In this document: piece after piece, positions 37,990 to 48,491 of the stretch
Numbering within the stretch: the stretch's first letter is position 1
How the letters are laid out: each line of letters opens with the position of its first letter
NCBI GenBank assembly: GCA_022605425.2
Contig: CM061247.1
Coordinates: 1,488,001-1,552,000, forward strand
Source: Hamiltosporidium tvaerminnensis FI-OER-3-3
Taxonomy: Eukaryota > Fungi > Microsporidia
Direction: 5' to 3'
Length of the DNA: 64,000 bases
The notes under the pieces: generated by a model
What the model was told of the DNA's origin: nothing
What the model saw: only the letters and a program-made list of their open reading frames with translations
Databases searched by the model: none
Translations under genes and position numbers: made by a program

Positions 37990-38230
37990 GTAGAGGGTGG
38001 ATAAACACACTAAAAACTATCTGGTTGGCAATGACTGTGTGAAATTGTTGTTAAAATAATTGTTGATATTTTGGTGAAATATGAACTACATTGGATCTAC
38101 AAGCCAATCCCCTATAATCCTGGGTGAAAACGGATTAAAAGAAGTAATTAGAAAATTTCCAGTTGGTATTCTTCGACACCGAAAGGTAAAAGAGGAATGG
38201 AATAATTAAGCAAGTATTATTATCTATTAA
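37990..38230 (+). mobile_element. Family B short interspersed element, copy 3
   Basis: gtagagggtggataaaacacactaaaaactatctggttggcaatga...attaaaagaagtaattagaaaatttccagttgg...cgacaccgaaaggtaaaagaggaatg. Closest to the 2100 copy. Confidence 0.8.
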
Positions 38231-38499
38231 AAATCTTTGGGGCTGCATCGATTAAATATTTTTGTCCAAACCAAGGCCCAAGATATTTAGATCTAAACTA
38301 TTTGCTTGATAATATCTTTACCAAAAGTCAACTTCTTATTTTGATTCTTCAGAAATTAGAATTTATTTTTACCTTGAATGTTTAATTTGAAGTTGTTTCG
38401 TTGAATATTTATGTTTTTGTTAAAATTATTAGAAAGTAAGTCTAATAAACATAAAAGTATTTGAAGCAATCATGTTTACATTAAACCACATTCAAATTT

Positions 38500-39200
38500 T
38501 GCATTTTGTAATATTAAGGTTTCTTTTTCGATTTCTGCTTGCTGTGACGAACGTCTCTTCATAAATAAAGCGCCTAATTCTTCTTTTTACATCGAATTAC
38601 TATTTTTTAGTAAATCTGAAATTTGTTTGGCCACTGCAACTCTATCAATAACACCAAATATAATTGGCTTGGTTTAATGTGCACCAGAGATATTGCCGCT
38701 TTTTGTGGGAAGAAATAGATCGTTTAATCTGTGTCATAAAATCTCTTGTTGATCAATATGTACATGGCCATACCTTCTTCTAAAAGCCATTAAATATATT
38801 AAAAAACCAAACAATTTGTCCCGATAGATTTTTATGCTATAATATTGTTTGAGTTACAATCAATCTCCAAACATTTGATTTGTTTTAATTCGAAAAGCCA
38901 TTGAAACTTGAATTTTTGATAAAAATATGAACTACTGATGGAAATACAACCCTGAACCAAATATTTTAAATCATATTCATATTTACAATGTAACGCGTTT
39001 TCCACAACAATATTCTATTTATGGCATAGTCAAATGCAGAGTGGGATGCCTTATAGTATGATTTTTTTATCTAGGTAAGTGCTTCATACGCACTAATAAC
39101 TTTGGATTGGGTTTCTGAATTTTATAGCACACGGGTAACATAAATTTAACTTTAAATTGCCTTATGGATCTCAAAATTAATCTGAATAATTTTAAGCCTA
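38500..39200 (-). mobile_element. Possible heavily decayed MULE-type transposase
   Basis: Fragmentary minus-strand motifs: NILVQGC (cf. MULE vqGCfFH) and RLNDLFLPQK..NISG (cf. RLN...hPni). No intact frame. Confidence 0.3.
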
Positions 39201-40419
39201 CGGTTAGAATTTTTTAGATTAATTTTTGCTCAAAAACACTGTTTTTATTTGTTTTATATTTTTCATGTTATTTTTATTTGTTGGCTTCATATAAACTTTT
39301 ATTTGAAATTTTATTTTTTTAAAAAAACAAATCTAAATTCTTGATTAAGCATTTTTTAAGTTGAAATAATCAATTTTTGGGATATTAAATTCAAAACTCC
39401 GTGGATCTAAGAGAAGCATACCATTTTGATACAATGGTAGTATTTTATTGAACTTTAGAATACGTTTTTGATGTACTTATGTTATGATTCGGGAGTTTTT
39501 CTTTATTCTTTTATTTGTTTCATTTACCTCCTTCAACATTTTTTTACTTCGTTCTTGAAATTTTACTTTTTTGTTATATTTTGAATCAATGTTTTGGTTT
39601 AAGTCTATTTGATTTCCTCAATGTGATGCTTTATAATTTCTGTGTTAATTTTTTAACATATATATCCATTTTGGTGTGTGTGTATCTGTAATAAAAGCCC
39701 GATTTTTTGCATATTATATTGTTGTATGGTTTTTCTTAGCTCTAATAAGCCTTTTAGTCTTGACTCCAATCCTTTTATTTAATTAAAAGAAATCATTGCT
39801 TTATTTTTTAAGCACCATCCGCTGTATATATGCCTCTAGTCTTAATGGTAATTTTGATTCCTTAAGATACATCATATGGTATTTAGTCAAAAATTAATTC
39901 CAGTTTACACACAAAAGATTGCATTAAGACTATTATAATATATCACCTTTCTCTATATATTCATTTATATTACTTTTTAAGAAATATTTAACAAATTATA
40001 GAAATATATATCTTAATTTATCTATTTGTTAAAACCTATTGGTTAAATTTATTTTTACTTTAAACTAGAAAGAAAATTGTTGGAGTGAAATTGTATTCAA
40101 ATATTATTAAAATGGAATGTTAATGTTTTTGAGTTTCTAAAGATTAAATTCAAATTACTTTTGTATTTTTTAAATTAGTATGCTTAATTATTCGCTTTAT
40201 AAATACATAAATTTTATAAAAAATTCCAGTCATATGATCTCACCGCAACTAACTAGCAGAAAGACTCTATGACTGGACGAAAAAAGTTTTTTAAAATTTA
40301 AATTTTAAAAAAAATTGTAAACACAAAAAAGCCGTGGTTTTATAACTCTAAAAAAGACAATTCTTTAATGAAATTAAAATCAAATAAATTAAAAAAATAT
40401 TTTTATATTCTAAAATCTA

Positions 40420-41157
40420 ATGTGGAGGGAGGATAACCACATAAAAAACTTTCTGCTTGGCAATGATTGTGTGAAACTGGTGTGAGGTCATTGTTTGGAT
40501 TTTTGGTGGGAATACAACCACACTACATCTTCGGTTGTTCCATGGGAGTTGTTATGAAGAGGAGAGGTCTAAGAAATGGAGAAACTTTTTCTATAAATTT
40601 ATTTGTAGTTTTTTATGTAACCAGATTGCAGACCGCAGCTGAACATGTAGGTAATTGCCATGTAAAAGCATGGAAACCTAGCCTTGCTCACTCGGGTTAG
40701 AAGACTTAGCGCCTGGGAGATATAAAAATAAAAACCATTTAAAGCCGGGAGAGCTAAGTAGCAGGTTATACCTGTTGGTATGACATTGCACTGTCTAGGT
40801 GGACCCCATGTAAATCTTTGAAATATATCTTAGCTAGAAGTTTATTGGGTTCAGAAAGTGTAGAGTAAGTGGGAATGCTGCATAGTCTTGGGGGAGCCCA
40901 GGGGAGCTTCTGCCTTCGATCACACTCCATGCAACGGACATTAACGAACATCGGGCAACTGCCTCGCCTATTAATTAGGTTCTACACACCTGGTAGATGA
41001 AAGGCTTTGGGACGTAGGTATCGCAGGGGTTACCGATGGAGTGTTGGGATAGCAGTCATTTATGTTAAACCTAGAACTGCGTTAATGTCATGAAAACAAA
41101 TATAACACTTGCCACTATTTCTAAAAGATGTGATACTTTTAAATAAAGTTTGTATTC
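40420..41157 (+). mobile_element. Family A non-autonomous retroelement, full length
   Basis: GC-enriched ~738-nt non-coding unit flanked by a 12-bp TSD ttctaaaatcta (40408-40419 / 41158-41169). Three other copies occur in the window. Confidence 0.9.
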
Positions 41158-42499
41158 TTCTAAAATCTATAAATTCAAATAATTTATCTAAAAAGAAACT
41201 GTCATAAATTTAGTGCTGTTTAAAAATTTATAATGATAATTTAATTATCTTTGAGATTTAATAGCTTATTTGATGAAAGTTTCTGATTTAAAATCGCTTC
41301 TTTAACTGTTTTTAAAACATTAACAAAAAATTTTAATTCTTTTAATATTTATTCTCGTTACTTAAGATAATTTGTTTTAAATGTCTTGAGAAATTTTAGA
41401 ATACAGATAAAGATCCTTTGAATGTAGAATCTTGCAGAGAAAGGTAATTATAAGAATAAAAACAAGTAATAACGTTTACATAAACTATTTTATATATTTA
41501 ATTTGTCATTTGATAGGAGCAAATTGTTGAAATTAAAAAAAAATCAAAACTAATTTCGTTTTTATCAAAATTTTTGACACTTTGAAGTCATGTGAGTTTT
41601 GTGAAAAATGTGTCAAGGATGTATACAAAAATGACTCTTCTTTTTGTAAAAAAACATCCATTAAAAATTCAAAGGATACTAAATATTTCAAATTGAAAGA
41701 TAAGCGAGCAATAGTACTTAGCATGGCAATGGATTTTAAATAAAAAACAGAAGTTTATTTTAAAAAAGAACTAAAATAAGATATAAGTACTTAAAATTCG
41801 AATTACATCATACGATTCGCTTCAAGGTTTAGAAGCCAAAGAACTAAAAAAATATAGCTTAAAGGTAATTAGTTAGTTCTTCTTTATAAGTTACGTTTTG
41901 AGATAAGCCTCTAAGTGATGGCTTGGATCATATTATACTAAAACTAGAATATGGCTTTAAGTAGCCTTAGTAGTAGTCGTAAGATTAGCGCATGTGTCAC
42001 CTGATAATTTTTAAAAGCAGTTGAATCGATTTTTTTGCTCGCGAACCAGATTATATCAAGCTTAAATGCTGATTATGGTTAGAAGTAACCTTATAGACTG
42101 CCATAAAGATGATAAGAGATACATAAATTTATTATTCTATTGGAAATATATTTAATTTGATGACAGTCAGATGATATTAACATACGATATCGAGTTTTTT
42201 TTGTTGATGAATCCGCAGAAGATGATGCCAAAAACACTTTAAACCATCAGTTCTGTTTGAATAATGTAACAATCAAAGAATCTATCGATAGATAAATCGG
42301 GTAAATAACAAAATACATTTGAACCATTCAAATAGGTTTAAAATAAAAACACTCTTAATTATTCTAAATTATTTTACACTTCCAATTAAATACAAAAAAA
42401 GTTTGTATAAATGTCTTTTCTGGTATTTAATTTCTTATTATTTTCATCAATTAGATCTATTTTTTCTTATCCAAATTTATTTAATAAAATTCTGGCTTA

Positions 42500-45400
42500 A
42501 GACTTTTTTCACGTTTTTATATATTTTCTTCTTCTTCTTAATCCACCTTTTTAGTTATGTTTATTGTCGATTTCTCTAGTGTGGTTTCTTCGTCTGAAAT
42601 AAAAATCATTGTTTTTTGTTTAAAATTTTAACACCGTTTTCCTATTACTCGCTTGTATTGAAGGAAGTGTTGATGTCTCTTCTATCTTTACTCTCTTAAT
42701 TACACATATTGACTTACCCTCCAAAAACTCTTTGGCATTTGGTCTTTACCAAAGTTCTATTTATCGAGAAAAAAAATTGTCATAACTGTCTTCTTTAGTA
42801 CAATGTATTGGGTGGTTGCCTTTTCATTTATGGTCATTTCAAGTCTTTTGGGTATGACTTTTCCTCACCATGCCAGGAGCAGAATTGACTTAGAGTATTT
42901 TCTTCTTGTCGTAAGAGGCGACTAAAAAGGACTGATCCTCCATGTTGAGGTTGTGCGTAGGGCTAACAACCCACCCTTTAAAACTAACTTGTTGAGAAAC
43001 CCGATAAGTAAACAAACCCACTGGAAAAAGACCGATGGGCGGTATTACTAAGGAAGGCCAAGACTCTAACAGGGCTGTAGTGCTAAGGATGAATCAATGA
43101 GGTATGACTTATATTATTTTGTTACAATACCATCACAAGTCATAATATAGGGGATTATATCAACGCTAAACTTATAAATAAAACTTAGCTCATTGGCTAA
43201 CAGATCATATTTTTTAAGTTTCTCAGTTTCAACTATGTGAATTGAAGCTTGAGAAGTAATTCCCACTTCAATGAGTGTTATCCTATTTTTTCTCTATAAT
43301 AAAAAAATATGTCGGGTCTGTTATTCCGAATCTTGACATCAGATTTATCCCGGTATTGACTCTTACCTCAGCATCTCGTTTTCAAAATTTCTTGAACTGA
43401 AGGACGGCTTCTAAATCGTTTCGTAGACTTAACTTATATATATTTAAGAAAACCAAGTGTAGGCGTCAAACAACGTCATTATGCCTTCTTTTATGTTCAA
43501 GGCCTAGCGTTTTTTCACATCGAGTTACTAGATGATCTAAGGTTTTATTAGACTTGACCTTGTGTTGGCACACCCTATCTGCACCTCAGAATACACTTCT
43601 ATCCTAGATATAGCAGAAAATTTCGTCGTAGCGTGAACTATTATTTCTTTTTTTCAGCCATCTAGAAGTGTCACTAACATCCAAAAGCTCATTTTTTCTT
43701 GCATTTTATAACCTTGAATCAAGTTTTTGTCTTTTAATTTCGTTATATAAATTTGCACGTTAAGCTTCTTTTAAATTCTTTTAGTGACTTATTCTTCCAA
43801 CCTATATTTTATTTACTTTTAAAAAGTCTTTTATTAGTGCCAGATGGGTTTTATTAGTATTCTCTACATTGAGGATTGCTGCTTGTCTAGTTGATATTTC
43901 TTTACTTTTTCTAGGCAATCCAAAACTTACAGAAGCATGTATTCGTAATAAAATCAACACCATTTGACACTCTTCTGAGATCTTTCAGATAAGGTAAAAA
44001 TGTTCTTTGCCTTCTAGGAATGCATGTACATTATTTTTCACGTGCAATTCATACAAGGCATCATCCAACTTAGAGAAGTCAGGTGGTTCGAGTCGAATTA
44101 CACGTATATGGTAGTTGATCAACGATATCGCATGTTGGTTAATCGCAGAAAATAAATTTATTGCGTTAAATTTAGTGGGACAATACCTTTCACTCTTAAT
44201 ATCAGTTTACTCTGTACTTCATAAAAGAGCTACGTGTTGGGATTCCTCTGCTATCTTCTATTATTGCTCAATATTTGTAAAAACTAACGCATTCTAGAAG
44301 AGTAGCAGTATCTTCATAACGCGCATCATTTGTGGTTGACTTCTCATTGCTAATATCTAGCCCAATTACTAATTAAAAAAATTGCCTCGCTTGTCATAGC
44401 ACTCCATGTGAAGCTGTCTATACCAAAGAGCTTAAATTTCTCAATAAACAAGAGATGATTATTAGTATTAAAGTCTGCATCATTGTCTATTTCTAATTTG
44501 GGGTGCGGCTCAACAAATCCATACACAACACAAACAACAATGGTGACAGACTCTTTTCTTGCAGTATCCTTATTCAATCTTTTTGCTCAAGATTTTAACG
44601 AGTCTTAACTATATGATTTTTCCTGTTTGCTATTATTACCTTAATAAATTCCGGATCAAATCAGGTAAATTAAGGTTTTATATTAATTGAATCGAAACAA
44701 AAAGATATAATGTGTTGTATGTTATTTTGAGGTTGTACCAGGTCGCATTCTAATTATATCATACTCTTCATTAAGAGACATAGAAGAGAGCCTGGTTTTT
44801 TGCTCTTTGCAAACACTCTTACCACTCTAATTGATTTTCTGCAAGCAACTTTCGGCTTTTCCCCTTCAAGATCAACAACTTTCGTCACATAATTTGTCGT
44901 TAACATTGTAGAAGTTAGACATTCAAGTGATTGACCTGTAGTCAGATCGTCTTTGCGGAATTCTTTTCGGTATCAAATACGTAAACCCGCTGTAAAACCA
45001 AACAGCTTGAAGTATTCTTTTTAAACATATAACTTTCACAATATCATAAAGATATTTGTGAAAAGTTCTAAGTTCCTTGCTGAAGAAATTGTAAAACCAT
45101 CAATTCCAGCAGATTTTTAATTGGGAAGACAATTGATATTTAGAAATTCATTAAGTGAAGAGAACATAGTCGGATGATTATCTGATACAAAAGGAATCAA
45201 ATAATCATTATACGTGACTGTGTCATCATTTTTGTTCCTCATTATAGACCAAAAACTCACTCTTTCATTACGAATAACCATATGCTCGGATTCCACACGC
45301 TCAGTTAATTCTCCATAAAATCGACCTCGGAAAAGCCCAAACACACGATTCTATTTTCGGAATTGTTACCTACTTTAATGCATCGTAATTTTTTTCTCGT

Positions 45401-46450
45401 AAACATTCAAAGACTCATTCTTTTTATCTCAGCCTTAGAAAGATCAGTTACACTGCTCAAGTTTAAATTACACTCTCGCAAGATTTTCCTAAGGCTCTTC
45501 GTATCCGAAGTGGAGAGCTTTTCCTGTTTACGATTCTTCTCGAGAAGATCTTTGGATAGTACTAATTTGGAAATTTTACTTTCTATGTTTTCCTTCTGAG
45601 CGAATCTAGGCTTCTCTTTACGCGTTGCCTCGTTATAGCATACCTGCGCAGCTTGCATGATATACGCGGCTTCCATAATTGACACAGGTAAGTAGCTACG
45701 GCATATTCACCCACTACTCGATTAATGAGATCCAGACTTTACTATCAACCAATTTTCTTGTGAGTTTTCTAGTTCTCACCACCACTTTTCCAATTTTCTT
45801 TGAAATTTGTTTGATTCTACTCAAAAGTTTATCTCTCAGGTTTATGTATTCAGTGGTGTAGGTCAGGATGCATGTATCAGTGAGACAATTGGCGATTCTA
45901 CGTCGCTCTCCATTCTCTTCGAATTTTACTTTCTTTCTCATCTCACTTTATGCCAATTTTTTTAACACTTCGAGAGTTTATGTGCAGCTGAATTTCTCAT
46001 TATAGTACCCGTTAAGCTCTGTCCAGCCATCTCTTGGCCCTTTTTAAACCTTTTCTGTACTGCAGAAAAACAATTAGAAGCTATTACTTCGGGTCGGCTG
46101 TTACGGAAACGAATATCGTCCGCAATGCCCTTAGCCTATTACCTTCTGGAATAGCTAGAGGACAGGGGTTTGTCATGTTTTACGACCGCTCGCACGCAGA
46201 GACTTCAACCGAAGAGGGAAGTGGTGTATTGGAAGAAGATAAGGATGCAAACCCACTATTTTGCATGTTAATGCATGTTTGGCTAGCTGGTGGATGTGTT
46301 ATTCTTGTGTAGGAGGAAGGAAGGGAATTTTCTAATAGGTGTTATTCAGAGTTTTGCATCTCCTTCTCACTTTTATTTACCTTATCAGCATTGTTTGAAG
46401 CCTTTATTTTATCATTTTTTGTGTTTCGCTGCCAGCATTTTTTTTCTACC
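42500..46450 (-). mobile_element. Near full-length decayed R4/Dong-like non-LTR retrotransposon (RT + CCHC + RLE)
   Basis: Minus-strand pieces: AAYIMQAAQVCY, AGIDGFYNFF, FTYLIPK, YRSIT, NHLLFIEKFKL (cf. NHLLFIDDLKL), KTLDHLVTRCEK, NNRPDIF, LIEVGITS, DGIVTK. Many stops and frameshifts; ends approximate. Confidence 0.85.
42861..43100 (+). mobile_element. RTE-derived bipartite SINE, copy 3 (inserted in the R4-like LINE)
   Basis: 10-bp TSD ggtatgactt (42851-42860 / 43101-43110). Contains cttgtcgtaagaggcgactaaaaagg and gttgtgcgtagggctaacaacccaccc (RTE 5'-UTR-like), and gaaggccaagactctaacagggctgtagtgc (RTE 3' tail). Confidence 0.85.
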
Positions 46451-47594
46451 CATAATAATTTATGGATATTTATACTAGAATTGTCGAAATAGCTTTTCAG
46501 TGTATTAAGTAGTATATTTATTAAAAAAAACCATAACTTATTATATTCTGATGGTTTTTTTAGTATTTTCTAAATACAGAAAGTTTTGAAATATAATTTT
46601 TGTATTTTTATTTGCAGAAAAAGTCTTGCTAAAAATCTTATAAATTTTTCGGTACTTAAAAAAATTTCAAATAAATTTTGTAATTTCAGAAAACCATCAT
46701 CCTTTAGAGAAATATTATATCTTTGTAGGATTAAAATATTTTTTCTAGTGGCTTTTTGGTACAAAAAAACTTTAAAAATCCACTGTGATGAATTTAAAAG
46801 TAGAAATTTATTTCTTAATTGCTATAACTTAAGATTTAAAATAATCGTCGAAATTATGATCTCACTAGAAGCTTTAGAAAGATCACATTTCCGACTTGAA
46901 AAGAAGGATGAAGAATTTTTATTATAAAAAAAAATATTTACTTAAAAAATTGTGGTTCTAAACCTCAAAAAGGGTAATTTTTCTATAGAGACGAAAATGT
47001 GTAAATTAAATAAGAACTTGTTTTATATTGAATATGCGTACTGCCTTTTTAAAATCAATTTATTTAAATATCCTCTACAATCCAAATTGTCTCATTTCTT
47101 TTGCTTTGATCAAAGTATTTAAAATCATTTGTTTAATACTACATAAATAAAAAAATATTTAAATGTATGAAATACATATTTTTACTTTTTTTATTTTTGT
47201 CTTTGGATCTACTAGATGATGGCTAAACAATTGTAACTTATAATGTACCGGGAATCACAATATTTAAAAAGTAGAAAGTACAAAATAAGTGTTCGACATA
47301 TTATTTTGAAATGCTTTAAATTTTTGTTTTATAATGCTTTTATTACAGAAATGCAAAAAAATGATAAAAATTCAATCCTTTATGATTTTTTAGTTTTTTT
47401 TAATATTTTATGGTTTTATTGAATTTTCTTGAGAAAGTTACTTTAAAAAAAACTTAAAACTTTGAAAAAATGGTTTCTATCTTTACATTTAATGTCAAGT
47501 ATTTACTATTTATTTTCTATATAATTATAGGGATCTTATCATGTTTTTAAAAGTCGACTTTTTTAAAAAATAAACTTTTGTAAATGCATAATTT

Positions 47595-47835
47595 TTTTTG
47601 GATAAAAATCTTATTTAATTAATTATTTCAGTCCTCTTTTATATTCCAGTGTCGAAGATGAACAGATTGAAGTTTTCTATTTGTTTCATAAAATCTGTTG
47701 TATTCGGGATTATAAGTGGATTAGCCAATAGAACCAAGTAGTTTATAATCCACCAAAATCTCAACAATTATTTTCACGCATTTTAAACAACTATTAGCAA
47801 ACAGGATGTTTTTACTGCGGTTTTCCTCTTTCCAC
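47595..47835 (-). mobile_element. Family B short interspersed element, copy 4 (most diverged)
   Basis: Minus strand reads gtggaaagaggaaaaccgcagtaaaaacatcctg...ttgttgagattttggtggattataaactac...catcttcgacactgg...aaaagaggactgaaata. Confidence 0.7.
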
Positions 47836-48491
47836 CAGCTATACGGGCTAAAAAATCAATAAAATTTAATTTATTGAGTTCAGTATTACATCACAATATT
47901 CACTTCTCATTCTTAAAACTAGAAAGCTATGAATATTCCATTTTTTAGCAAATGACATAAGCCATATGTTTAATTTATTTATTGAGATTTTTTAGGATAT
48001 TAAATACTTTATGAAAGAATTGCAACTAAATCACTAAAAATTTACCCGAAAACATACCCTAAAATATTCAAGAAATAGTAAGAAAAGAGGTATATATACA
48101 ATCAATAGTACTTAAAATGACAGTCGAAACAATTTCCTTTGATTATTAAAAGTATTAGAGTTCAGATTAAGTATCGATAAAAACTGGGAATTTTTTTTAA
48201 AAGATAGTTTAGAGATCTAGAATGCAAAAACTTCCTATACTCCCAAAAAATTTATAAAGTAATAGTAAGAAAGAATTAACCACAGAATCTCAAAACTTTG
48301 CAATCCCAAATCGTAAAACAATCAATTAAATAAGCCAAAGATTTAAAATATAAAAAAAATCAAATATAAAAGAAGGCAATAACAAGAAACCAGAAATTTG
48401 ATAAATTCAAACAGAAAGAAACATAAAAGCAACATCCAAGGATTAAATATATTTTATTTATAAAAAATTTTAGCTCCAAAAAAACCGTAAT

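Noticed and set aside
40420-40512. HDV-like ribozyme topology in the A/B head
   Set aside because: The helix order can be forced, but P3/L3 and the catalytic C of J4/2 are absent and P1 would be mostly G-U.
40648-40681. Hammerhead-like taggta...ccatg/catgg-aaaccta
   Set aside because: No CUGANGA core and no stem I.
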